From a virus, in IMG/VR virus record IMGVR_UViG_3300029231_000023, positions 1-40,792 of that record: 40,792 bases of DNA; one strand, given 5' to 3'. The translations under genes were made by a program, and so were the position numbers. Of this stretch, positions 31,334 through 39,015 are shown in pieces (the stretch's first letter is position 1; each line of letters opens with the position of its first letter). The notes under the pieces are model-generated. The model was not told the origin of the DNA and did no database searches. It saw only the letters and a program-made list of their open reading frames with translations.

Positions 31334-32626
31334 TCAATCGTCATTTCCCAAGCCTCGCACGATTGTCCATTCCCGCTCCGACAACTCCCAAATATCCGTG
31401 TTGACCTTGTCCGCAGCAGCCTTGTCCGCAGCAGCCTTTTCCGCAGCAGCCTTTTCCGCAGCAGCCTTTTCCGCAGCAGCCTTTTCCGCAGCAGCCTTTT
31501 CCGCAGCAGCCTTTTCCGCAGCAGCCTTTTCAGATAGCAAAAAGCCGGAGCCGAACAATCCTTTCCCCGACGCTTTCTGTGCGTCAAGCGCGCGGATAAA
31601 ATGTGCATCTCTTCCGCTAATTTCAAGGCTTACGCCGTGAGCTGCCATATAACACAGCATTGTTGCTGTCAAAACCTCGTCTGGATATGAGTATTTTGGC
31701 AGTTCTCTGTGCAACTTTTTGAGATTCTTTTTGTTCTCGCCATCCAGTATTTCTCTTAAATCAGCGGCAGCAACAATCTTATTGCCCCCCATGTTGGTAA
31801 CAAACGACGTATTGACAGACGCGCCATTTTCATACACAACTCCGCACCCGCACGCCACATAGTTTGCCGAGCCGCGCATAATTCCGAGAAGCGTAAGCGT
31901 TGGAGCAAACAGAAAGAAGTTGATTCTCTTGCTTGTGTACCACTCGCAGATTTCTGAAATAATGGAAAAAGGCGGATTGTCTATCACAACACACCCGAAA
32001 GGGTATTTCTCGCTTTTATAATCTCCGCCCGGATAAAACGGGCGCACAATCGCAGCACTGCCAATTTCGTACTTCTCCGCCACCCAATCTCTTACTGCGT
32101 CGTAGATGTTATCCGGCGTGTAGCAATCGTCCGTTTTTTTCTTCGCTTCAAACTTTTTCAGAAACTCTTGATATTCTTCATCATCGTCCGAAAGTTCCCC
32201 GCGCTCCATGCGTTCTCTAAATTCCTGTTCGCGGTCTTCGTTAGTAAGTTCCGTTTCGTCGGTATCTTGGAAATCCCAGTCAAAGTCAAACGCCGACAGG
32301 TCAAGACCAGGCAGTTCATCAGCCAGCAGGTCAAAGTCCCAATCGCTCTCGTTGCTCTTGTTATCCACCAGGCGAAGGGCGTTCACCTGCTCCGGTGTCA
32401 GATCGTCCACGCAGACGCAAGGCACTTCTTCCATGCCCAGTTTCTTTGCCGCTAGAGCGCGGCAGTGGCCGATTACAATCACACCGTCACGATCGATCAC
32501 AATCGGCTGCACAAATCCATACTGCTTGATGCTCTCCGCAACGTTGTTGATTTGTGTCTTGTCATGCTTCTTTGCATTTTTCCCGTATGCAGTAATGCTG
32601 GAAAGCTTTCTGTTTTTTACCTCCAT
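31334..32626 (-). CDS. ParB-N-domain / DNA methyltransferase fusion with a (KAAAE)n C-terminal linker
   Basis: ATG at 32626 after GGGGAGG. ParB-like VIVIGHCRALAAKKLG. MTase motif IV VIDNPPFS. Eight KAAA[E/D] units near the C-terminus. Confidence 0.65.
   Translation of the reverse strand: MEVKNRKLSSITAYGKNAKKHDKTQINNVAESIKQYGFVQPIVIDRDGVIVIGHCRALAAKKLGMEEVPCVCVDDLTPEQVNALRLVDNKSNESDWDFDLLADELPGLDLSAFDFDWDFQDTDETELTNEDREQEFRERMERGELSDDDEEYQEFLKKFEAKKKTDDCYTPDNIYDAVRDWVAEKYEIGSAAIVRPFYPGGDYKSEKYPFGCVVIDNPPFSIISEICEWYTSKRINFFLFAPTLTLLGIMRGSANYVACGCGVVYENGASVNTSFVTNMGGNKIVAAADLREILDGENKKNLKKLHRELPKYSYPDEVLTATMLCYMAAHGVSLEISGRDAHFIRALDAQKASGKGLFGSGFLLSEKAAAEKAAAEKAAAEKAAAEKAAAEKAAAEKAAADKAAADKVNTDIWELSEREWTIVRGLGNDD
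31405..31530. repeat. 15-bp tandem repeat, about 8 units, coding
   Basis: ccttgtccgcagcag x2, then ccttttccgcagcag x6. Confidence 0.9.
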
Positions 32627-32675
32627 GTTGTCCTCCCCATCATGCCCGATCACCGGTCAGCCACCTCATTTTTTC

Positions 32676-32733
32676 GTTCTCGTGTCTCCGTGTGTGAATA
32701 AATATATTTATTCACACCGGAGAACACGAGAAC
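32676..32733. repeat. 58-nt imperfect palindrome with an AT-rich centre
   Basis: Arms GTTCTCGTGTCTCCGTGTGTGAATAAATAT / ATTTATTCACACCGGAGAACACGAGAAC with two 1-nt bulges. The central 18 nt GAATAAATATATTTATTC are a perfect palindrome. Confidence 0.85.
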
Positions 32734-32777
32734 AGGAGGAGGAGGTTTCCGCAGAACGCTGCGGTGCCGATGAAGAA

Positions 32778-32802
32778 GGGCGTAGAGTTGATCTCTACGC
32801 CC
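32778..32802 (-). terminator. Terminator-like hairpin after the late-regulator gene
   Basis: On the minus strand: GGGCGTAGAG-atcaa-CTCTACGCCC followed by TTCTTCAT, a moderate U tract. Confidence 0.4.
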
Positions 32803-32821
32803 TTATAGTAAATGTTAAATT

Positions 32822-32836
32822 TGGCTCTGGGACGCA
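32822..32836 (-). promoter_or_regulatory. Conserved 15-nt box, copy 2 (TGCGTCCCAGAGCCA on the minus strand)
   Basis: Identical to 24499-24513. It lies 7 nt after the stop of 32844..33134 and is followed by TATAAG (32807-32802) and a hairpin. Confidence 0.6.
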
Positions 32837-32843
32837 GACTTTT

Positions 32844-33134
32844 TCATGAAAGCCCTCTTTTTTGCCCCACAAGGCGAATAAATTGCCTGTGCCACTCCTG
32901 TGCAGTGCGTTCGGACACATAAACCGCCATCGCAGCGCCCTGTAAGGTGTGTGTCCGCTTCCAAAGAACCAAGTCTATGAGCCGGAGTCGCTCCGCGCCG
33001 TCAACGAGCCGTTCCGTCTCTGCGATTGCATCCTCAACGGCAGCGCGCTCGGCCCTCGTCATCAGCCCGCCGCCCTTATAGCTGCGGATCATCCATTTTG
33101 CATAGGCCCACCAGCCGTATCGCGGCGTGCTCAT
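32844..33134 (-). CDS. Putative late-gene transcriptional activator (RinA/ArpU-class position, sigma region-4-like HTH)
   Basis: 96 aa. HTLQGAAMAVYVSERTAQEWHRQFIRLVG. It is the last gene before the packaging genes. Confidence 0.5.
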   Translation of the reverse strand: MSTPRYGWWAYAKWMIRSYKGGGLMTRAERAAVEDAIAETERLVDGAERLRLIDLVLWKRTHTLQGAAMAVYVSERTAQEWHRQFIRLVGQKRGLS

Positions 33135-33173
33135 TTGAAAACGCCCTCGTCTTCATCATCGTACTTTGCGCCC

Positions 33174-33434
33174 TTAATCTGTTCCATCGTCTACGCCCTC
33201 CATCATGGCCTTGATTTCTGCGGCATTTGCCTTGATAATGTCCAGCACGATATCGCTCTGGATATGGTGGGCAAACACGGCCTTGTCCTGTGCGTTCGCA
33301 TTGTAGTAGCCCGTAAGCGTATTGCCCGCTTCCGTTTTTGCCACAATCGTGATTGCAAGCGGCTTGGATTTATAAAGCGCTTGCAACGCCTTTTCCAGCC
33401 ACGCCGCATATTCCTGCTCTGTGATCCCGCTCAT
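33174..33434 (-). CDS. Hypothetical protein
   Basis: 86-aa ORF with ATGA coupling to the upstream gene. Confidence 0.5.
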   Translation of the reverse strand: MSGITEQEYAAWLEKALQALYKSKPLAITIVAKTEAGNTLTGYYNANAQDKAVFAHHIQSDIVLDIIKANAAEIKAMMEGVDDGTD

Positions 33435-33664
33435 CAGTAATGTTGCCTCCCTTCACGTCTTGCACGGTTTGCGTCCCGCAGCGTCCGCATGCAGCCCCGC
33501 GTGGACGCGCACCGCGTCATGTCTTTTAGGCGCTCCTTCTTGTATCTGTCCGCCTCCCGGCGGAATGCTATGTATCGGGTGCAGTCCGTGTGACAGCCGG
33601 TGTGCCTGTCCGTACAGCCTTTGCACGGAGCCTGCACCGGTGTGAGCCCTAGATTTCCCTGCAT
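33434..33664 (-). CDS. Small Cys/His-rich protein
   Basis: CKGCTDRHTGCHTDCTRY. ATG at 33664 with GAGGGTGG upstream. Confidence 0.5.
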   Translation of the reverse strand: MQGNLGLTPVQAPCKGCTDRHTGCHTDCTRYIAFRREADRYKKERLKDMTRCASTRGCMRTLRDANRARREGRQHY

Positions 33665-33954
33665 TCGTCCACCCTCACACATACCCGCTTGCCGTTGACC
33701 TCTACGACATAGCCTGTTCGGTTTGTCCTGTATTTGTATTTTTCGGCGGGATACACCCGCCCGCAGACGGGCCGCATTTCCGGGTATACCGGGATTGATC
33801 GTGTAATCAGGATCCGCACGCGCTCCGCCCGGCCCATCACAGCTTCCCTATGTGCCGTCCATGCGCACACCTCGCTGCAAAAATTGTATTTTGCCTTGTA
33901 CTTCGACGGTGCACGCATAAACGTCTTCCCGCAGGCATCGCACGTCAGCCGCAT
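33649..33954 (-). CDS. Small zinc-finger-like protein
   Basis: CDACGK...CSEVC. 101 aa. Weak RBS. Confidence 0.45.
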   Translation of the reverse strand: MRLTCDACGKTFMRAPSKYKAKYNFCSEVCAWTAHREAVMGRAERVRILITRSIPVYPEMRPVCGRVYPAEKYKYRTNRTGYVVEVNGKRVCVRVDECREI

Positions 33955-33986
33955 CGGCGGTCTTGGTGGCTTGCGCTACATCTTGC

Positions 33987-34148
33987 TCATGGCCTCCACC
34001 CGGAAATCCATTTTGCCTTCTCCCAGCCCGTCAGCGTGCAAAACTTGATATAATCCGGCATATCCGAATTGAGAATCGCTTCTCTTATCAAAAGCGAAAC
34101 AAACACGGCAGCCGCAAATAAAAGCAGCATTTCAACGAATCTTTTCAC
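33987..34148 (-). CDS. Possible 53-aa membrane peptide (not in the ORF track)
   Basis: The GTG at 34148 overlaps the upstream stop (GTGA). Sequence VKRFVEMLLLFAAAVFVSLLIRE... Confidence 0.3.
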   Translation of the reverse strand: MKRFVEMLLLFAAAVFVSLLIREAILNSDMPDYIKFCTLTGWEKAKWISGWRP

Positions 34149-34813
34149 TTACAGTTCTCCTTCTCGTTTTTCCAGTCACAATATTTCTGGCAAAGCTCCT
34201 CACTTTCAAACGACGAATCATACGGGTTGACTTTTTCAAAGTCGCAGCCGCTTCTTGCAACGGCTCTATTCCTGTAATCAGATTCGTTCTCCGTTTTGCA
34301 TTTTACAGAATCGTAAAATCTTTCTATCCTTCCCCTCCATTCAGAAATTCTGTACAGCATCAATTCCCGCGGTTTGTATACCAGCGTGCTCTTTGCGCAT
34401 GTGCAAGATTCTGTCATTTTCCGCCCGCAAGGTGTGATGAAATGGCGTAACCTTTTCTCATCACATAGATCGCATTTCGGGCCTTGCACCAACTCACCTT
34501 TTGCTTCCCACGTCGTTACCAGATTATCGCCAAGCAGCTCTTTCAACCGCGCATCTTTGTATTTCTTTTGCGCCTCCGTTTCCGCCAGCACTGCCCTTCT
34601 CTCTGCCGCCGCCAGCTTTTCCAGATACATCTTTCTGTCGTCTCTGAACATCCGCAGGCTCTTTACTTCTTCTTCCAGCGCCACGATTTTGTCTTTGATT
34701 TCCTCGCGCGCATTCACAATCAGAGCCCGTTTAAATTCATCGATTTGCCTGTCAAATTCGGAACATTCAAAATATTCATCGTCGTCAAAATCAAAAACAT
34801 CAGCAAAATTCAT
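34145..34813 (-). CDS. Hypothetical coiled-coil plus Cys-rich protein
   Basis: 222 aa, in visibly AT-richer DNA than its neighbours. Confidence 0.55.
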   Translation of the reverse strand: MNFADVFDFDDDEYFECSEFDRQIDEFKRALIVNAREEIKDKIVALEEEVKSLRMFRDDRKMYLEKLAAAERRAVLAETEAQKKYKDARLKELLGDNLVTTWEAKGELVQGPKCDLCDEKRLRHFITPCGRKMTESCTCAKSTLVYKPRELMLYRISEWRGRIERFYDSVKCKTENESDYRNRAVARSGCDFEKVNPYDSSFESEELCQKYCDWKNEKENCK

Positions 34814-35319
34814 AGCTTTACCCCCTTGATGTACTTATCGAAATACGTCACGGCTACCGCCATCGCCGCCCACATATCTGCCGAGAAGCCGTAGAAGAAG
34901 CCGGGATCTTTCTTCGTGCCCTTTCCGAAGTTCGGCTGTCCGGGCGCGTAGCGGTCACACAGGGCCTGCCGGATGTTCGCATCTTTGGCAGATAGCGAAC
35001 CGCACAGATACAGCTTTTCTTCCCGGCGGTAGATTTTCTTCGGCTCATATCCGCCCGACCTCAACGCGATTTCCCAGAATCGCCCGATCCAGACGCAGGT
35101 GTCGAAAACCTCTTGTCCGACCGTCATGCCCATGCCCGCGATCATCTCGATTGCAACGTCTATGCAGTTCGCATAAAGCTTCCGATCCAGCATATCAGTC
35201 ACTGCCGGGTTCTCGATCTTCCCGGCGTCCAGCACGCGGCGAATTTCTTCTCCGTCGTGCTCGACCACCACATAGCCAGATTTGATATTGCCGGGATCAA
35301 TCGCAAGAATTGTTCCCAT
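34810..35319 (-). CDS. RuvC-like Holliday junction resolvase
   Basis: N-terminal ILAIDPGNIKSGYVVV (catalytic Asp motif). 169 aa. Confidence 0.6.
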   Translation of the reverse strand: MGTILAIDPGNIKSGYVVVEHDGEEIRRVLDAGKIENPAVTDMLDRKLYANCIDVAIEMIAGMGMTVGQEVFDTCVWIGRFWEIALRSGGYEPKKIYRREEKLYLCGSLSAKDANIRQALCDRYAPGQPNFGKGTKKDPGFFYGFSADMWAAMAVAVTYFDKYIKGVKL

Positions 35320-35485
35320 CAGGCCACCTCATTTGTTCAAAGTCTTTGCATTCTTCTCCGGAAAAGTACATCCGTTCCAACTCATTCTCCGAGAACCGTT
35401 CGGCCTTGTGCTTCAGGCACCGATACGGGTAAACGTAGTTCTTTCTGTATTCCAGACTCTTGCAAGTCAGGCAGCAATCCTGCAT
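35297..35485 (-). CDS. Small Cys-containing protein
   Basis: ATG at 35485 with AAAGGAGGG upstream. Sequence MQDCCLTCKSLEYRKNYVYPYRCLKH... Confidence 0.45.
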   Translation of the reverse strand: MQDCCLTCKSLEYRKNYVYPYRCLKHKAERFSENELERMYFSGEECKDFEQMRWPDGNNSCD

Positions 35486-35529
35486 CAGTTTCCCTCCTTT
35501 CGCGCGCCCACGAGCAAATCGCAATCCGC

Positions 35530-35838
35530 TCATTCGGCAGCTCCATCCATCTTCGCCCCGCAGCCTGGGCAGTATTTCGGCAGGCAATCCGGGTTATCCG
35601 TGCCGTCGTCGATGCAGTATCCGCATTGAGAGCAATGCCACACATCAAGCACAATCTCGCCGTCTGCGTATCCGTCGCCCTCACCTTCCCACTGCCCATA
35701 CGCCACCTCTGCAACGTCGGCGGCGGGTTGACGCAGCAGAAGCGTTTTTACCCGTTGGGGCGTCCAGTTCGGATTTTCCGCGTTGCAGGCTTCAAAGTCT
35801 TCCAACGCCGCCTCGCGGCTGATATAATCACCCATCAT
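35530..35838 (-). CDS. Hypothetical protein with a C-terminal zinc ribbon
   Basis: CSQCGY...CPGCGA. CAGGAGGG RBS. Confidence 0.5.
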   Translation of the reverse strand: MMGDYISREAALEDFEACNAENPNWTPQRVKTLLLRQPAADVAEVAYGQWEGEGDGYADGEIVLDVWHCSQCGYCIDDGTDNPDCLPKYCPGCGAKMDGAAE

Positions 35839-36073
35839 TTACCCTCCTGTTCCATGCCTCGACTGCTAGTGGACGTTCGTCCAGAGTCGTTTCTAATTCA
35901 CCGTTACTATTAAGTTTTAACTCAATGCCATAATTTGTTTTGGTTGTACTAATGCCGCATTTTGTGCAGCATATTCCAAAGTTGTATCCTCTTGTAATTC
36001 CACGTTCCATGTGACATTTTATTAAAAATTTGGCTTCACCGCCGCAAAACGGGCACGGTTTCAGTTCAGCCAT
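35828..36073 (-). CDS. Lar-family restriction alleviation-like protein
   Basis: Internal ATG at 36073: MAELKPCPFCGGEAKF...CCTKCG...AVEAWNRR. Confidence 0.6.
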   Translation of the reverse strand: MAELKPCPFCGGEAKFLIKCHMERGITRGYNFGICCTKCGISTTKTNYGIELKLNSNGELETTLDERPLAVEAWNRRVNDG

Positions 36074-36428
36074 CCTTCTTGCCCTCCATCTGTTCAAAGT
36101 AAAACGTGATCGGTTTCTCGTGCTCGACAACGTTGCCGTAGATGATTCCAACCTTATAGATGTAGTTTTCTCGGAGCTTTCTGGGAATCTCCGCAATATA
36201 CCGCCGGAATGTTTCCAGAGAATTTGCCCGTTTGTAGTGGTTGCACATCCGGCATGCTGGCATGAGGTTTGAAATATCGTCCGTCCCTGCGTCTTCGGCG
36301 TTCCATGCACGTTGCGGCTTGAAATGATCGACTTGCATACCCTTGATGTCGATAGCCCGTCCACAATACGCGCAGTGTCCATCATACTTAGCATAGACCG
36401 CTTCCCGTTTTTTCTTACTGAAGCTCAT
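36066..36428 (-). CDS. HNH endonuclease
   Basis: CAYCGR...VDHFKP...NLMPACRMCNHYK. Confidence 0.8.
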   Translation of the reverse strand: MSFSKKKREAVYAKYDGHCAYCGRAIDIKGMQVDHFKPQRAWNAEDAGTDDISNLMPACRMCNHYKRANSLETFRRYIAEIPRKLRENYIYKVGIIYGNVVEHEKPITFYFEQMEGKKDG

Positions 36429-36772
36429 CCCTTGTCCTCCATTTCCTGCAAAGCCTTCTCGGCTTCTGCCTCCGTCAAAAACACCGTCCGCCCGATTGCG
36501 TCCTCACAGAATCTCTTCCGCCCGGTAATGTACGTCGTGCCTTCCCGGTCAATGCGAATCGCGTCTACCGTGACCGGCACGGGCTTTTTGGGCCGCGTGT
36601 AAAACATCTTAGACAGCCAAACCGTATCGCCCGGTCTGAGCCGCTTACTGTCCATATCCTCATACGCTGCGAGACGTTCCGCCATCTGGACGAGTTCGCC
36701 GATCGTCGCATAACCCAGCGCGTGACCGTTTACCAGCACGCAATCCTCATCTCGGCTTGTCATCCGTTCCAT
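36425..36772 (-). CDS. Hypothetical protein, paralog of 36786..37322
   Basis: ATG at 36772 after GGAGG. It shares MER.T..., ERLAAYED and GDTVW motifs with the upstream gene. Confidence 0.5.
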   Translation of the reverse strand: MERMTSRDEDCVLVNGHALGYATIGELVQMAERLAAYEDMDSKRLRPGDTVWLSKMFYTRPKKPVPVTVDAIRIDREGTTYITGRKRFCEDAIGRTVFLTEAEAEKALQEMEDKG

Positions 36773-36785
36773 CCTGCTTCGCCTC

Positions 36786-37322
36786 CTAAACTTCCAAAAT
36801 GGAATTTCCAGCCGGAGGTTTCGCGTCAGCCGCAACCGCTTCGGTCTCGCTCAAAAATACTCTCACACCGATCTGGTCCACAGGGATACCGATATCCACA
36901 ATTTCCCCCGGAACAATGATGCTTGCTGATATTCTTGTAACCTCATGTGGTTGCACGCCAATGCAATCTCGCGCGTTATTTTTGTATGTCTTAAACCACA
37001 CCGTATCGCCCACCTTGCACGGCAGCACCACCACGCGCCCGTCCTTGTCGGCCTCGGCAAGCTCACGGATGTGATGGAGCAATGTAAGCTGCTCAGTCAG
37101 CGTTTTTGATTCTTTCAGCGCGTAATCGAACAGCTCTCCTAGCGCAGTTACCTCTTTTGGCGTCAGCCCCGTATCCTCGTAGGCCGCGAGTCGCTCACAC
37201 ACCGCTATTTCAAACGGGCAATCCTTGATTTTGCACCCTCCGCCGTAGCACGGTTCTTTAAAGCAGCGCGGATAATAGGCGTGTTTATGCGATGATTCGT
37301 TCCATTTAGTCAGTCGTTCCAT
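36786..37322 (-). CDS. Hypothetical protein (MERLTKW... / RLAAYEDTGLTPKEV family)
   Basis: ATG at 37322. Cys-rich N-terminus. Confidence 0.5.
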   Translation of the reverse strand: MERLTKWNESSHKHAYYPRCFKEPCYGGGCKIKDCPFEIAVCERLAAYEDTGLTPKEVTALGELFDYALKESKTLTEQLTLLHHIRELAEADKDGRVVVLPCKVGDTVWFKTYKNNARDCIGVQPHEVTRISASIIVPGEIVDIGIPVDQIGVRVFLSETEAVAADAKPPAGNSILEV

Positions 37323-37840
37323 GTCTCTTCCTCCACATAGCACCAGCTTTGTGGTGCTTTAGTAATCGCCGCTGGAATTATGCAATTTTCATCATAGATA
37401 CAGGCTGTGCTTTCGTACCCACTCTTGTTGCATGATTTGCATTTTTTCCAAGTGTGAAATTCTATCAGCTCCTTCGGCGTGTCGTAGATTTTCAGGTCAG
37501 AAATATGCCAACCGAAGCCGACGCCGCCGTCCAGATACTTCTCCAGCTTGTCTTTTGTCAGGCAGGCATCCGCAAGAAGCGTATCAAGCGGTGTGCAGTC
37601 CATGTTCCAATCGCAGATGCAATATTTCGGCGGTTCACAGTTTCCTCCTACTCTGACGATTTTTTCAAAAATGTTGTCGCATACAAACTCGCCGATGACG
37701 CCGCCCCGAACCGAACGGTAAATGTAGCACTTAAAATGCGGAATGAGCTTCGGTCGCGTCTTGCGCACCTCGATCGTTTTCTCTCCGCTTATGATCTTCT
37801 CGCACCACCTTGGTCTGATGCTGATTAAAACAGCTATCAT
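37310..37840 (-). CDS. ASCH-domain protein
   Basis: Internal ATG at 37840 (ATGA coupling). MIAVLISIRPRWCEKIISGEKTIEVRKTRPK. Confidence 0.65.
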   Translation of the reverse strand: MIAVLISIRPRWCEKIISGEKTIEVRKTRPKLIPHFKCYIYRSVRGGVIGEFVCDNIFEKIVRVGGNCEPPKYCICDWNMDCTPLDTLLADACLTKDKLEKYLDGGVGFGWHISDLKIYDTPKELIEFHTWKKCKSCNKSGYESTACIYDENCIIPAAITKAPQSWCYVEEETWND

Positions 37841-38241
37841 GCCTTGTCTCCTTTCTCCGGTGCTCCCGGCAGCGGCATCCAGTCGGTAATCAAACCCTGC
37901 GGAACCTCCCAGTTGCGACACTCCCAACCGAGCCCCGGAATATACCGAGCCGCATCCACGATGCTTCCGCCTGCGTCCTTAAAAGCGATAAGGTATCGCT
38001 TAATATAATCTGCTGGCAGCTTCTCCTCCACGCTGATCCACTGCGGCACCTTCTCCCGCAGCGCCGCGTTCTCGGCGGTCAGGCGCTCGATGAGCCGATC
38101 CGCCGCAATGCTTTTAACCGTCTCGTAGCACTCACAGCCAGTGGCGCTACTCTGCGCCATCGGCTCGCCGCATTGTCTGGAGCACGCAAAAAAATGGATG
38201 CACTCTTCACAGGCTCTTTCAGGATTTTCTTTAGGTGGCAT
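37837..38241 (-). CDS. DUF551-like protein
   Basis: C-terminal WISVEEKLP...ITDWMPLPGAP. Confidence 0.6.
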   Translation of the reverse strand: MPPKENPERACEECIHFFACSRQCGEPMAQSSATGCECYETVKSIAADRLIERLTAENAALREKVPQWISVEEKLPADYIKRYLIAFKDAGGSIVDAARYIPGLGWECRNWEVPQGLITDWMPLPGAPEKGDKA

Positions 38242-39005
38242 TATTCTCCTCCCTCCAAATAGTCATTTGCTCCATGTCCGGTTCCTTTTGACACCGGCCC
38301 CATCACCCTGTCCACAGCCGCGCGTTCCAGCGGGTTCAGCTCGTCATGGTGTCCCTGCACGCCGTAGCCGGGCTTTGCAGCGCGGCCAAGCGCCGCAGGG
38401 CGTGTGCTGGCCTCTTTCAGCCAGTCAAACACGATCCCCTTGTAATTTGCGGCCATAGAGCGGGTTATCACGTCGATCATTGCAGCCTCGCCATATTCCT
38501 CTGCGGCTTTCGTGATCTGTGTGACAAGGCTTTGCAGGCCAACAGGCTTATACTCCTCCCGTCGTTCTCCCTTGTATGCCACCCATTTCTCAACTGATTC
38601 GCGCAGCGTGGGGGGAAGGGGGGAAAGAATACTGTCCATGTCCTTTTCCTTTGTCCTTTTCCTTTGTCCATAGCTTTTTTTGCTTTCCTCAGAAAGCATT
38701 TGCTTTTTTTGCTTTTCGTTGCTTTCGTCAAAAGCATTTGCTTTTTCGGATTCAGGACGACCGCCCTGCTTTCCTGCCTCACTTCTGGACGCGGAGACGG
38801 CTTTTTGCGCCGCTACGGATTCGTCAATATCCCGTCGAATCGCAGGCCAAATGAAACGTTCACTCCCGCTGAACTCTGGCTCTGCTCCCGACTCGCGATA
38901 ATCCATCGCAGCCAGCACCAAGCGCCCCACCTCAGCAGCACTGTACGCCTCGAAATAGCTCCTGTAACTCAGCCACAGCTTGACGTATTCCTTTTTATCT
39001 CCCAT
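38241..39005 (-). CDS. Replisome-organizer / DnaD-like replication protein (tentative)
   Basis: N-terminal YVKLWLSYRSYFEAYSAAEVGRLVLAAMDY. It follows ssb and carries an internal AT-rich repeat region. Confidence 0.5.
   Translation of the reverse strand: MGDKKEYVKLWLSYRSYFEAYSAAEVGRLVLAAMDYRESGAEPEFSGSERFIWPAIRRDIDESVAAQKAVSASRSEAGKQGGRPESEKANAFDESNEKQKKQMLSEESKKSYGQRKRTKEKDMDSILSPLPPTLRESVEKWVAYKGERREEYKPVGLQSLVTQITKAAEEYGEAAMIDVITRSMAANYKGIVFDWLKEASTRPAALGRAAKPGYGVQGHHDELNPLERAAVDRVMGPVSKGTGHGANDYLEGGE
38641..38746. repeat. AT-rich direct repeats inside the replication gene (candidate ori)
   Basis: TCCTTTTCCTTTG x2 in tandem (38641-38666). AAGCATTTGCTTTTT at 38694 and 38732. At least 4 TTGCTTT copies. 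Confidence 0.5.
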
Positions 39006-39015
39006 CCGTCAGACC

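Noticed and set aside
31168-31640. ORFs 31168..31626 (LLRKR repeats), 31232..31537 (SSLFR repeats) and 31326..31640 (AAAFS repeats), plus a possible 58-aa ORF starting at 31344
   Set aside because: The first three are alternative-frame readings of the 15-bp repeat inside the methyltransferase gene. The 58-aa ORF has a weak RBS and would overlap terS by about 70 nt in another frame.
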